Assembly (NCBI GenBank): GCA_039818805.1
Contig: JBCBTE010000001.1
Location: 1-60,084, forward strand
Direction: 5' to 3'
Length of the DNA: 60,084 bases
Origin: Pseudomonadota bacterium
GTDB taxonomy: Bacteria > Pseudomonadota > Alphaproteobacteria > Rhodobacterales > Rhodobacteraceae
Both the position numbers and the translations under genes were made by a program. Shown here piece by piece: positions 26,472 through 36,265 of the stretch (positions are counted from its first letter, which is position 1; each line of letters begins with the position of its first letter). The notes beneath the pieces were generated by a model. That model was not told where the DNA came from and searched no databases. It saw only the letters and a list, made by a program, of their open reading frames with translations.

Positions 26472-27479
26472 TTGGAAAAGGCGGTAAAATCGCAGCTTGG
26501 CGTAAGTAGCAGATTATCCGTGGCTCCGATGATGGATTGGACGGATCGACACTGCCGGTTTTTGCACCGGCAATTGTCACGTCGCGCGTTGCTCTACACC
26601 GAGATGGTCACGGCGCCCGCTCTGGTTCGGGGCGGTGCGTTGCACCTTTTGAAGCACTCCCCGCAAGAACATCCCGTGGCGTTGCAGCTGGGCGGGTCGG
26701 ACCCCGAAGAATTGGCGCAGGCCGCGCGGTTGGGCGCCGAGGCGGGCTATGACGAGATCAATCTGAATGTCGGCTGCCCCAGCGACAGGGTGCAATCCGG
26801 CACGTTCGGCGCGGTTTTGATGAAAAACCCTGGATTGGTGGCGGCATGCTGTGCCGCGATGGGCGATGCGGTGGATATCGAAGTGACGGTGAAATGCCGG
26901 ATCGGGGTGGATGATCAAGACCCTGAAGAGGTGCTGCCCGAGTTTTTGACCCAGGTGGCGGCCACAGGTGTCAGACGGTTCACAATTCACGCGCGCAAAG
27001 CGTGGCTGCAGGGGCTGAGCCCCAAGGAAAACAGAGATATTCCGCCGCTGGACTATGATCTTGTTGCGCGGATGCGGGAGGGATTCCCTGCGCTGCACAT
27101 TTCGCTGAACGGTGGGGTCGAAACGCTGGAGGATGCGCTGGCGCATCTGGAAGCCGGATTTGACGGGGTCATGCTGGGCCGGGCCGCCTATCACAACCCT
27201 CTGGGCGTCCTGGGCGCGGCGGACCGACTGGTTTTTGGTGAAAACACCACGGACCGAACCGGGCCGGACGTGGTCGAAGCGATGCTGCCTTACATTGAAA
27301 ACCACCTGCGAACCGGCGGCAAGCTGCATCAGGTCACCCGGCACATGCTTGGGCTTTTTGCGGGGCGACCCGGGGCCCGGGGCTGGCGGCGTGTGCTGTC
27401 CGAGGGCGCAACGCGGCCGGGTGCGGGAACGGGCCTGGTGCAAGAGGCGCTGACCCGGGTCACGGGAGTGGCAGCGTGA
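26472..27479 (+). CDS. dusA: tRNA-dihydrouridine(20/20a) synthase DusA
   Basis: SVAPMMDWTDRHCR, LYTEM, QLGGS, NLNVGCPSDRVQSG, HARKAWLQGLSPKENRDIPPL. Confidence 0.97.
   Translation: MEKAVKSQLGVSSRLSVAPMMDWTDRHCRFLHRQLSRRALLYTEMVTAPALVRGGALHLLKHSPQEHPVALQLGGSDPEELAQAARLGAEAGYDEINLNVGCPSDRVQSGTFGAVLMKNPGLVAACCAAMGDAVDIEVTVKCRIGVDDQDPEEVLPEFLTQVAATGVRRFTIHARKAWLQGLSPKENRDIPPLDYDLVARMREGFPALHISLNGGVETLEDALAHLEAGFDGVMLGRAAYHNPLGVLGAADRLVFGENTTDRTGPDVVEAMLPYIENHLRTGGKLHQVTRHMLGLFAGRPGARGWRRVLSEGATRPGAGTGLVQEALTRVTGVAA
26517..26545. other. Approximate att crossover region in the dusA 5' end
   Basis: dusA-associated integrases are known to target the region encoding APMxDWT; exact core cannot be fixed without the other att site. 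Confidence 0.5.
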
Positions 27480-28258
27480 ATGATTTTCTGGAAAAGGGGT
27501 GGGTTAAGTTCCCGGCGGAACCCGACGTCTCGAACTGGGTTCGATCCGTTTTTCCAGTTGCGAAAGAACGGGTTGAGGCCCCTGAAGAGCAAAAGTGGCT
27601 TCGGTGCGAGGGCACATGGTTTGTTGGCGTTGACGCGTTGCCAAATGACGCGCAGGGGAACGTTGCGGGGTCCGGGTCCTTGTCCGGGGCCGCCCACGCG
27701 ACGGCGCGCGGCATCTACGGAGATCTGCCGCTGCATCGCGGGCAGGTCTCGGTAGTCTACCCGGGCTATCCGCGCCCGGTCGAAGGAGAGGGTAAGGTCG
27801 CCTTTGGATACCGGTTGCGCCGGGATGCGGCGCATGTCGACGGTTTGTTACCGGAAGGTCCCGACAAGCGGAGGTACCTCAAAGAACGCCATGCCTACAT
27901 TCTTGGGCTGCCGCTGACGTCCTGCAGCGCCGGGGCCAGCCCGCTTAGTGTCTGGGAAGGCAGTCATATCATTATGCGCCGGGCGTTTGAGGCGGCGCTG
28001 CAGGACGTCCCGCAAGAGGCATGGGACCGGGTGGACCTGACCGATATCTACAAGGCCGCCCGACGCGAGGTGTTTGCCACCTGCACGCGGATTCTGGTTC
28101 CGGCCGAACCCGGCGAAGCCTATTTGGTGCATCGGCTTGCATTGCACGGTGTTGCGCCTTGGGAGACTGCCGCGGAGGCACCGAAAGAGGGCCGGATGAT
28201 CGTCTATTTCCGACCGGAATGGCCGGAGCCGACAGACCGGTGGTTGACGGATCCATGA
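27476..28258 (+). CDS. Hypothetical protein, possible 2OG-Fe(II)/PhyH-like dioxygenase
   Basis: AAHVDG ... LVHRLALHG ... R pattern; GTGA overlap with dusA. Confidence 0.6.
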   Translation: MNDFLEKGWVKFPAEPDVSNWVRSVFPVAKERVEAPEEQKWLRCEGTWFVGVDALPNDAQGNVAGSGSLSGAAHATARGIYGDLPLHRGQVSVVYPGYPRPVEGEGKVAFGYRLRRDAAHVDGLLPEGPDKRRYLKERHAYILGLPLTSCSAGASPLSVWEGSHIIMRRAFEAALQDVPQEAWDRVDLTDIYKAARREVFATCTRILVPAEPGEAYLVHRLALHGVAPWETAAEAPKEGRMIVYFRPEWPEPTDRWLTDP

Positions 28259-28304
28259 ACCGCGACCGTATCGCGCCGGTGCTCCGGATGGCTGTCGCCG
28301 CGCG

Positions 28305-28541
28305 TTACCCCCGGTTCAGTCGCGCTGCGCGTCCGCCGCGGCGTTTGCGCAACTGTCCGGCGCGCTCGGGCAGGTCGGCCATGACGGCGGTGCGCTCGTC
28401 CGGGGTCATGCGGGACCATTGGGCGATTTCGTCGATCGTGCGATAGCAGCCCGTGCAGATGCGTGCCTCGGGGTGGACGACGCAGATCCGCACGCAGGGG
28501 CTGTCGATTTCGTCTCGTTTCCAGACGGGGGTGTCGGTCAT
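28305..28541 (-). CDS. DUF1289 family Cys-rich protein
   Basis: SPCVRICV...[14 protein letters not shown]. Confidence 0.9.
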   Translation of the reverse strand: MTDTPVWKRDEIDSPCVRICVVHPEARICTGCYRTIDEIAQWSRMTPDERTAVMADLPERAGQLRKRRGGRAARLNRG

Positions 28542-29014
28542 GTGTCTGCCCTTAGGTGCCGCAAGCGATCCAGTGCTCCTTGAAGAATATAGGCAGCGGC
28601 CACTGCATCGATCACCTCGGAACGACGTTTTCGTGTCAAATCGGCCTCGATCAGTGCTCTTTCTGCCGCAACCGTTGATAGGCGTTCGTCCCAGTACGAG
28701 ATCGGCAGGTCGGTCAGCTGTGTCAGATTTCGGGCAAAAGCACGGGTGGATTGACAGCGCGGTCCCTCGCTGCCGTCCATGTTGCGGGGCAGGCCCAGGA
28801 TAAGACCCGCCGCATCACGATCCGTCGCGATGTCCAGAAGGCGCGCCGCATCAACTCCGAACTTTGTGCGTTTGATGACTTCGACCGGGCCGGCCGTTGA
28901 CAAAAGCCCGTCTGAGGCCGCGACACCGAGGGTCTTGGTGCCCAGATCAAGCCCCAGCACGGGTCGGCGCGCCCGCAGGCTGGCGGAGAACGCGGCGATG
29001 TCTTCAAAGATCAT
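28538..29014 (-). CDS. ruvX: YqgF/RuvX pre-16S rRNA nuclease
   Basis: [39 protein letters not shown]. Confidence 0.95.
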   Translation of the reverse strand: MIFEDIAAFSASLRARRPVLGLDLGTKTLGVAASDGLLSTAGPVEVIKRTKFGVDAARLLDIATDRDAAGLILGLPRNMDGSEGPRCQSTRAFARNLTQLTDLPISYWDERLSTVAAERALIEADLTRKRRSEVIDAVAAAYILQGALDRLRHLRADT

Positions 29015-30237
29015 TCGGAAAAGCCTGCCTGCTTTGCAGCGTTTTCGATCAGTTCAAGATCCAGCGGATCGCTGAAATGGCCAGGCGCGCGCGCCAGCAG
29101 ATCGCGCACCGCGTCGTAGTCGCCCAGCACTGCGTAAGCGTTGGACAGGCGCGCCCATTCCTCAACGGTCCCGCCTTCGTCCTCGATGCGCGCGGCCAGC
29201 CCTTCCACCATGCCCCGGATCATCACTTCACGCTCTGCCAGGGTCATCTGCTGGGCGGCTTCGATGTCGGACGGATCAGGGCCGGGTGCGGCATCTTCGG
29301 GTGGCAATTGGTAACGGGTCTCTCCCGCGCGCCACGCCAGTTCTTCGATCTGGCTTCTGATCAGAGGGACCCAGGGCGCGTCGGCGGTGCTTTCGCGCAG
29401 CAAGGTATCCCAGGTTCGAAAGGCGGCATCCAGCCGGTCAATCTGGATCATGTAGAGGCCCATGTAGTACCGCGCCCGCGGTTCGGCCGGATTGCGGCTA
29501 AGTGCGTTGCGCAGAGCGGCCTCGGCATCGGAAGAGACATAGCCACCCGCCGCCGAGATCATCATGTCCGCCAATTCGGCATAATCCTCTGCCGTGGCCT
29601 CGGGTCCTTTGAGTGCGATGACCTTTGCCTGGGCTGTACGGGCGGCGGTCAGATTGCCCAGGGCCGCCTCGTTGCGGGCCAGCAGCATATTGCCTTGCAG
29701 GTCATCAGGGCGTTCGGCGACGGCGTCACGCAGTTGTGTCATCAGTGCCAGGTAATTGGGATCGACATCCTGCGGTGACTGCGTGGCGGGCCGGGTTGCT
29801 TCGATCTGGTCCTGTGTCAGGCGGTTGGCGCGGGCCTCGTCCGAGGCGGCCAGCCGTGCCGCAAGCGGGAAGTCGTCATAACCCGGCGCGCCCATCTGAC
29901 GGTAGAGCAGGGCAGAGCCCGCGACCACGCCCACGACGGCCACAACCGCCAGGATGCGCCCCCCAAGGGCCGGTTGCGGGCCATCGGCGCCGCTGTCGCG
30001 CAATTGTGCGTCGGCGGCCAGGATACGGCGCGACACCTCGGCGCGGATGCGTTCGGCATCGTCTTCCGAGACGAGGCCACGGGCGAGGTCACGATCCACT
30101 TCCTTTAGCTGATCGCGGTAAACCTGCAGATCATAGGCGGCAGGCGGCGCGTCGCCGATCCGGCCCCGCGACAGAACAAGACCCAGAATGGCCGCGCATG
30201 CGACAGCCAACCCTATGACAAGAAACCAGAAGGTCAT
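29011..30237 (-). CDS. ccmI: Cytochrome c biogenesis protein CcmI/CycH
   Basis: N-terminal [18 protein letters not shown], second TM, TPR region, [11 protein letters not shown]. Confidence 0.92.
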   Translation of the reverse strand: MTFWFLVIGLAVACAAILGLVLSRGRIGDAPPAAYDLQVYRDQLKEVDRDLARGLVSEDDAERIRAEVSRRILAADAQLRDSGADGPQPALGGRILAVVAVVGVVAGSALLYRQMGAPGYDDFPLAARLAASDEARANRLTQDQIEATRPATQSPQDVDPNYLALMTQLRDAVAERPDDLQGNMLLARNEAALGNLTAARTAQAKVIALKGPEATAEDYAELADMMISAAGGYVSSDAEAALRNALSRNPAEPRARYYMGLYMIQIDRLDAAFRTWDTLLRESTADAPWVPLIRSQIEELAWRAGETRYQLPPEDAAPGPDPSDIEAAQQMTLAEREVMIRGMVEGLAARIEDEGGTVEEWARLSNAYAVLGDYDAVRDLLARAPGHFSDPLDLELIENAAKQAGFSE

Positions 30238-30453
30238 GTGCTCTCCTTCACCCGACCTTCATGTAACGACGCATAGGTGCAAGCGGAAGGGGCAAGTGGT
30301 CAAAATCTGCGTCCTAAAAGCGTGGCGGGCGTATGTCGCAAATTGTGCATCGGGTGCCGCTGGATGTGTCTTACTTTCCGGCAGAGTGTCGCATACCCAT
30401 GCTGTCGCCGCCGTGTGTCCCGAATCCTGTCCAAGCCTGCGAGATCTGCGCGT

Positions 30454-31698
30454 ATGAAACGATATTCTGCCTTTGCCGTCGCCCGCGAAGCCCTGAACCA
30501 CCACATGGGGTGGGAACGCGCATGGGCCTCGCCCGAACCGAAAGCCAATTATGATGCGATCATTATCGGCGCTGGTGGCCACGGTCTGGCCACGGCCTAT
30601 TACCTGGGCAAGAACCACGGGATGCGCAACGTCGCGATCCTGGAAAAGGGTTGGCTTGGGGGCGGGAACACGGGCCGGAACACCACCATCATAAGATCCA
30701 ACTACCTTCAGGACCCGTCTGCCGCGATCTACGAAAAGGCTCGCAGCCTGTATGAAACGCTAAGCCAGGACCTGAACTACAACGTCATGTTCAGCCCGCG
30801 GGGCGTGATCATGCTGGCACAAACGCAACACGAAGTGCGCGGCTACGAGCGCACGGCGCACGCGAACGCGTTGCAAGGCGTGAAGACCGAGTTCATCGGG
30901 CCAAGCCGTGTGAAAGAGCTGTGCCCGATCATGAACATCGATGGCCCGCGCTATCCGGTGCTGGGCGGCTTGTGGCAGGCGCGCGGGGGCACCGCGCGAC
31001 ATGATGCGGTTGCGTGGGGCTATGCCCGGGCGTGCTCGGATATGGGCATGCATGTGATCCAGCAGTGCGAGGTCACCGGCATACGCTCCGACGGGGGTAG
31101 GGTTGTGGGTGTCAGCACCAATCGCGGCGATATCGGCTGTGACAAGCTTGGCATCGTTGTGGCGGGGCATTCGGGGCATCTGGCGGATATGGCCGGGTTC
31201 CGGCTGCCAATCGAAAGCGTGGCGCTTCAGGCGCTGGTCAGCGAACCGATCAAGCCCTGCATGGACGTGGTGGTGATGGCCAACACGGTGCACGGCTACA
31301 TGAGCCAGTCGGACAAGGGTGAGATGGTGATCGGCGGCGGTACCGATAGCCACAACAACTACACACAGCGGGGCAGTTTCCATCATATCGAGGAAACGGT
31401 GAGGGCGCTGATCGAAACCTTCCCGATGATTGCGCGGCTGAAGATGCTGCGGCAATGGGGCGGGATCGTGGACGTCACCGGCGACCGCTCGCCTATCCTG
31501 TCAAAAACTCCGCTTGAAAACTGCTTTATCAACTGCGGATGGGGCACCGGCGGGTTCAAGGCGATCCCCGGCTCCGGCTTTGGTTTTGCCGAGCTGATGG
31601 CCAAAGGGTATTCGCCCTTATGCGCGGAATTCGGGTTGGACCGGTTCTACGAGGGCCGGTTCATCGACGAAAGCGTGGCGGCAGGGGTGGCGCATTGA
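30454..31698 (+). CDS. soxB: Sarcosine oxidase subunit beta
   Basis: GAGGHGLATAYYL, GGGNTGRNTTIIRSNY, C-terminal AAGVAH. Confidence 0.96.
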   Translation: MKRYSAFAVAREALNHHMGWERAWASPEPKANYDAIIIGAGGHGLATAYYLGKNHGMRNVAILEKGWLGGGNTGRNTTIIRSNYLQDPSAAIYEKARSLYETLSQDLNYNVMFSPRGVIMLAQTQHEVRGYERTAHANALQGVKTEFIGPSRVKELCPIMNIDGPRYPVLGGLWQARGGTARHDAVAWGYARACSDMGMHVIQQCEVTGIRSDGGRVVGVSTNRGDIGCDKLGIVVAGHSGHLADMAGFRLPIESVALQALVSEPIKPCMDVVVMANTVHGYMSQSDKGEMVIGGGTDSHNNYTQRGSFHHIEETVRALIETFPMIARLKMLRQWGGIVDVTGDRSPILSKTPLENCFINCGWGTGGFKAIPGSGFGFAELMAKGYSPLCAEFGLDRFYEGRFIDESVAAGVAH

Positions 31699-31701
31699 TG
31701 C

Positions 31702-31727
31702 GGAGCTTTCGATACAGCTGCCCCGTT
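31702..31727 (+). promoter_or_regulatory. Candidate sigma-EcfG (general stress) promoter
   Basis: GGAGC-N17-CGTT, one mismatch to GGAAC-N16/17-CGTT, 35 bp upstream of a small ORF. Confidence 0.4.
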
Positions 31728-31762
31728 GACATGACGAAACCCGAACCAAACGGAGTATCGTC

Positions 31763-31978
31763 ATGGCTGACCAAAACAATTCCGACACTGCGTCACGCAG
31801 CAACAATGCCGGGTTGGCGTTCATCGTCGGCGCCCTTGTCGTCGCCGTTTGCGTGCTGGGTTACATGGTGCTTGGCAACGGTAACGCAGGCGACGGTGAC
31901 GTCACGATCTCGATCGAAGGCGCAACAGATGCCGTTGAAAGCGCGGCTGCCGCTGCTGAAGGCGCTTCCGAGCAATAA
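31763..31978 (+). CDS. Small single-TM protein
   Basis: GGAG SD; NAGLAFIVGALVVAV TM and acidic tail; downstream hairpin. Confidence 0.7.
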   Translation: MADQNNSDTASRSNNAGLAFIVGALVVAVCVLGYMVLGNGNAGDGDVTISIEGATDAVESAAAAAEGASEQ

Positions 31979-32191
31979 AACCCAGTATTTTTTTGAAGAC
32001 AGCGGAGGGCGGCGGCCATTGGCTGTGCGCCCTTTTACTGTGTCTGGAATGCACCTTACAGCGGAGAACAGCCCACGTAACCCCGCCCAAAACGCGGGAA
32101 GTGGCCCAAATCATGCGCGGGGTTTTGCCACGGGTTCCATAGCGCTGGCACGCATCCCATCCTTAGGGTCCAACCAAGAGGAGAGCGACAC

Positions 32192-32464
32192 ATGTCTGAC
32201 TATGACCAATGGCGACAGAACCGCAGCTTCCGCGCAGCCCCTGACGACACAGGTGGTGCGGCGCTGTTCTGGGTGCTTGTCGTCGTGGCAGCCCTTGGTG
32301 CGCTGGTCTTTGCCGGCTCGCTTGGGGGCAGCTCCGTGCCTGGGGATGACGCAGCACTCCCGCAGGGGCTGGTGGTGCCGGACGCCACGACTGAACCGGC
32401 TACAGGTGCGACCGCAACGGATAGCACGGGCGCCGTTTCAACGGGCACAACTGCCACGGAATAA
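32192..32464 (+). CDS. Small single-TM protein with Thr/Ala-rich tail
   Basis: GAGGAG SD; ALFWVLVVVAALGALVF; followed by a hairpin. Confidence 0.65.
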   Translation: MSDYDQWRQNRSFRAAPDDTGGAALFWVLVVVAALGALVFAGSLGGSSVPGDDAALPQGLVVPDATTEPATGATATDSTGAVSTGTTATE

Positions 32465-32500
32465 CATCCTTCGCCTCGGCGAAGTTCGACAGAACTGCAT

Positions 32501-32528
32501 GGGCGGGTGCCATTTGGCGCCCGCCCTT
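32501..32528 (+). terminator. GC-rich hairpin / probable terminator
   Basis: GGGCGGGTGCCA-TT-TGGCGCCCGCCC-TT. Confidence 0.55.
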
Positions 32529-32557
32529 GTCGTGCTTTGAGCGAGGTATCGTGTCAG

Positions 32558-32911
32558 ATGGCCTATGAAAAAGACCCGAAAGCTGTCCTCATTCTCGAAT
32601 ATCCTTTGCCAATTGCGTTTTTGATCCTGAGCATTGGCGCTTTAGGTGGATTCTTCGCAGAACAGCATTTCGGACATTCGCTATTTGAGCGATTTGGCGC
32701 ACTTACTGCTGGTTTGGGGGTTCTGGTTTTCGGAGTCGCTGCTGCAGAATTGCTCACGCGTGCTCAAATTTCCTTTTTTATGGGAGACGACGGTGAACCA
32801 CCAGCGCCTTTCAAAATTAAAACCGTCCGGTTTGCGCTGGATTGCCAAGCGCTTGTTGTATTCGCGGGGACGATACAATGGGGCTTTGGCGGCTTGTTAA
32901 TGGGAGACTAG
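32558..32911 (+). CDS. Three-TM hypothetical protein (lower GC)
   Basis: Three hydrophobic segments; FERFGAL and GTIQWGFG motifs; ends 1 bp before soxD. Confidence 0.65.
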   Translation: MAYEKDPKAVLILEYPLPIAFLILSIGALGGFFAEQHFGHSLFERFGALTAGLGVLVFGVAAAELLTRAQISFFMGDDGEPPAPFKIKTVRFALDCQALVVFAGTIQWGFGGLLMGD

Positions 32912-32912
32912 A

Positions 32913-33242
32913 ATGCTGATGCTGGGATGCCCCTATTGCGGGGTTCAGGGCGAAGAAACCGAGTTTGCCGGGGGGGGCGAGGCGCATCTCAAACGCTTTG
33001 GCCCGGGGTCGAGCGACGATGAGTTTCACACCTACCTGTTCTCAAAAGAGAACCCCAAGGGTGTGCACCTTGAGCGGTGGCGGCATGCCAATGGCTGTGG
33101 CAAGTGGTTTCTGGCCGCGCGCAACACGGTGACGCTGGAAGTGTACGGCACCTACAGCGCCCAGTGCACCGAACCCCCGCAAGAGATCAAGGACAAGATC
33201 GCGGCACGCGTGCCGGGCTGGAGCTGGAGAGAGTTCGCATGA
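32913..33242 (+). CDS. soxD: Sarcosine oxidase subunit delta
   Basis: CPYCG..EETEF, ERWRHANGCGKWF. Confidence 0.95.
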   Translation: MLMLGCPYCGVQGEETEFAGGGEAHLKRFGPGSSDDEFHTYLFSKENPKGVHLERWRHANGCGKWFLAARNTVTLEVYGTYSAQCTEPPQEIKDKIAARVPGWSWREFA

Positions 33243-36200
33243 GCACACGTCTTGCCACGGGCGGGCGTCTTTTGAACAAGGCGCGCGCGATGGAATTTAC
33301 CTTCAACGGCAAGCGGCTGCGGGGCTTTGAGGGCGATACGCTCGCCTCGGCCCTGCTGGCCAATGACCAGATGCTGGTGGGACGGTCGTTCAAGTATCAC
33401 CGTCCGCGCGGCGTCGTGGCGGCCGGGGCCGAAGAGCCGAATGCGCTGGTCAATATGGGGCACAACGAAACATTCGAGCCCAACCAGCGGGCCACCACAA
33501 CCGAGCTGTTCGACGGGCTGACGGCGACCAGCCAGAACCATTGGCCGAGCCTTGAGTTTGACGTGGGCGCGGTCAATGCCAAGCTGTCGCGGTTCCTGCC
33601 TGCCGGGTTCTATTACAAGATGTTCATTCATCCGCGCCCATTGTGGAAACACGTCTACGAGCCGTTCATTCGGCAATCTGCCGGTCTGGGTCAAGCGCCC
33701 AGGGACCGCGATCAGGACAAGTATGAACATGTCTATGCGTTCTACGATGTGGTTGTTGTTGGCGGCGGTGTCGCCGGTCTGCAGGCCGCCAAGGCGGCGG
33801 GTCTGTCGGGGGCCAAGGTTCTGGTAATGGAGCAAACCGCCGCCTGGGGCGGACGGGCGTCTGTGGACGGTTTGGTTGACGGCAGCACTGTCAACCAAAA
33901 GCCTGTGGATAAGTTCGTGGAAGAAATTACCGACGAACTGGCCGCAATGAGCAATGTCACGATGCGCACCCGCATGATGGGGGCGGGCATCTACGATCAC
34001 GGATATCTGCTGGGGTACGAGCGCGTTGGCGATCATCAGCCCGGTGCGAAAGGGCCCCGCCACCGGTTGTGGCGGATCCGCGCAAAGCAGATTGTCACCG
34101 CCACCGGTGCGATCGAGCGCCCACTCAGCTTTGCTGGAAACGATGTGCCGGGTGTCATGCTTGCGTCCGCCGTGCGCGACTACGTGGCCAATTACGGGGT
34201 GTCCGTCGGCGACCGTACGGCGATCGTTACGAACAACGATGATGCCTATTTAACTGCCATACTGCTTAAGGATAGGGGTTTGGACGTTCCGGTGATCATC
34301 GATGCGCGGGCTGGCGGCGGCGGTGTCCTGGCCGAGCAAGTGCGCGCGTTGGGCATCCGGGTTGAGACCGGCAAAGGCATCGCGTCAGTCAAGGGCGGCA
34401 AGCGCGTTACCGGTATCGCACTTTGCGCACAGGCCGGAGAAGGGGCCGTTCTGGAAGAGATTGCTTGCGATGCAGTGGCCATGTCGGGCGGTTGGTCTCC
34501 GGTGGTTCACCTCTGGTCGCATTGCGGTGGCAAGCTCGTTTGGGACGAGGCACAGGCGATGTTTCGCCCGGATGTGGATAAAGCCCCGACGGGGGCGTCT
34601 GGTGAGGCCTTCGTTGCGACCGCGGGAACGGCCAGCGGCGTGTTGGGACTGGGCGATGTTCTGGCTGATGCGGACGCGGCCGGACGCCGTGCGGCCAAGG
34701 CGGTCGGAGCCAAACCGAAAAACGCCGCGGTGCCCACGGGCGAAAGCCCCGAAATGTCCCCGATCGAACCGATCTGGATGATGCCGCAGGGCGCGGGCAT
34801 CAAGCTTCGGATGAAGTCCTGGCTGGATTACCAGAACGACGTGAAGGTGTCGGACGTGCAACTGGCGGCGCGAGAAGGCTTCGAAAGTGTCGAACACGCC
34901 AAGCGCTACACTACGTTGGGCATGGCGACGGATCAGGGGAAGTTGAGCAATATCAATGGACTGGCGATCCTTTCTGATGCGCTGAACCAGCCCATTCCAC
35001 AGACCGGCACAACCACGTTCCGCCCGCCCTACACGCCGATTTCCATGGCCTCGATTGCCGGCGAAGCACGGGGCGAGATTTTCCAGCCATTGCGACGTAC
35101 GCCAATGCATGGTTGGCACGAGGAAAACGGCGCCTACTGGGAGCCCGTCGGAGCATGGCGGCGGCCTTACGCGTTCCGCAAGACACCAGGCGAGGACATC
35201 AAGGAGGCGACAAAGCGCGAGATCAACCAGACGCGCAACAGCTTGGGCCTGCTTGATGCGTCGACACTGGGCAAGCTGGTCGTCAAAGGACCCGACGCCG
35301 GGAAATTCCTCGACATGCTCTACACCAACATGATGAGTACGCTGAAACCGGGGCGGTGCCGCTACGGATTGATGTGCTCGGAGAACGGGTTCCTGACCGA
35401 TGACGGCGTGGTGGCGCGGATCGATGAACAGACGTTCCTGTGCCATACCACCACTGGCGGGGCCGAGGCCATTCATGGTCACATGGAAGACTGGTTGCAA
35501 TGCGAATGGTGGGACTGGAAAGTCTATGTCGCCAATGTCACCGAGCAATACGCGCAGGTTGCCGTGGTGGGGCCGAACGCCCGTAAGGCATTAGAAAAGC
35601 TGACAGATGCCGACCTGAGCGCCGAGGCGATCCCGTTCATGGCGTGGCAGGATGTAAGCTTTGGCGACATTCAGGGCCGGGTTTATCGTATCTCTTTTTC
35701 CGGCGAACTGAGCTATGAAATTGCCGTGCCCGCCAGTCAGGGGCGCGCCTTCTGGGACCAGTTGCTGGAGGCGGGCGCCGCGTTCGGTGTAACGCCCTAC
35801 GGCACCGAAGCCTTGCACGTGATGCGGGCCGAAAAAGGCTTCATCATGATCGGGGACGAAACCGACGGAACGGTGATTCCACAAGATCTGGGCCTCGACT
35901 GGGCAATCTCGAAAAAGAAAGACGACTATCTGGGCAAACGGGCGCAGCAACGCAGCCACATGACCGATGCAAACCGCTGGAAGCTGGTCGGGCTGGAAAC
36001 TGTGGATGGCAGCGTACTGCCCGATGGGGCGTATGCGACCGCCGAAGGGACGAATGAAAACGGTCAGCGCAAGACGCAGGGCCGGGTGACCTCGACTTAC
36101 TATTCACCGACCTTGAAGCGCGGAATTGCCATGGGGCTGGTTCACAACGGGCCGGACCGGATGGGAGAGGTGATCGAGTTTCCCAAGGTGGATGGCACGG

Positions 36201-36265
36201 TGATCAAAGCCAAGATCGTCAGCCCGATCTTCTATGACCCAGATGGGGAGAAGCAAAATGTCTAA
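33239..36265 (+). CDS. soxA: Sarcosine oxidase subunit alpha
   Basis: GDTLASALLAN, RSFKYHRPRG, KRYTTLGMATDQGK, GcvT-like C-terminus. Confidence 0.96.
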   Translation: MSTRLATGGRLLNKARAMEFTFNGKRLRGFEGDTLASALLANDQMLVGRSFKYHRPRGVVAAGAEEPNALVNMGHNETFEPNQRATTTELFDGLTATSQNHWPSLEFDVGAVNAKLSRFLPAGFYYKMFIHPRPLWKHVYEPFIRQSAGLGQAPRDRDQDKYEHVYAFYDVVVVGGGVAGLQAAKAAGLSGAKVLVMEQTAAWGGRASVDGLVDGSTVNQKPVDKFVEEITDELAAMSNVTMRTRMMGAGIYDHGYLLGYERVGDHQPGAKGPRHRLWRIRAKQIVTATGAIERPLSFAGNDVPGVMLASAVRDYVANYGVSVGDRTAIVTNNDDAYLTAILLKDRGLDVPVIIDARAGGGGVLAEQVRALGIRVETGKGIASVKGGKRVTGIALCAQAGEGAVLEEIACDAVAMSGGWSPVVHLWSHCGGKLVWDEAQAMFRPDVDKAPTGASGEAFVATAGTASGVLGLGDVLADADAAGRRAAKAVGAKPKNAAVPTGESPEMSPIEPIWMMPQGAGIKLRMKSWLDYQNDVKVSDVQLAAREGFESVEHAKRYTTLGMATDQGKLSNINGLAILSDALNQPIPQTGTTTFRPPYTPISMASIAGEARGEIFQPLRRTPMHGWHEENGAYWEPVGAWRRPYAFRKTPGEDIKEATKREINQTRNSLGLLDASTLGKLVVKGPDAGKFLDMLYTNMMSTLKPGRCRYGLMCSENGFLTDDGVVARIDEQTFLCHTTTGGAEAIHGHMEDWLQCEWWDWKVYVANVTEQYAQVAVVGPNARKALEKLTDADLSAEAIPFMAWQDVSFGDIQGRVYRISFSGELSYEIAVPASQGRAFWDQLLEAGAAFGVTPYGTEALHVMRAEKGFIMIGDETDGTVIPQDLGLDWAISKKKDDYLGKRAQQRSHMTDANRWKLVGLETVDGSVLPDGAYATAEGTNENGQRKTQGRVTSTYYSPTLKRGIAMGLVHNGPDRMGEVIEFPKVDGTVIKAKIVSPIFYDPDGEKQNV

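Larger units (their letters stand above)
1..26530. mobile_element. Integrative conjugative element (Tn4371/ICEMlSym-like backbone) integrated in the 5' end of dusA; continues beyond the window start
   Basis: Tyrosine integrase divergent from dusA; RepA, ParB, RdfS, FseA/QseM, DUF736, DUF932, toprim and DUF2840 backbone; visibly more AT-rich defence cargo. Right boundary is approximate. Confidence 0.88.

Noticed and set aside
31539-32540. 333-aa ORF spanning the soxB-soxD gap
   Set aside because: Overlaps soxB and two better-supported small genes with SDs; composition is not protein-like
33904-34581. Two perfect DnaA boxes (TGTGGATAA at 33904 and 34573)
   Set aside because: Isolated, inside soxA coding sequence (VDK codons), with no AT-rich unwinding region
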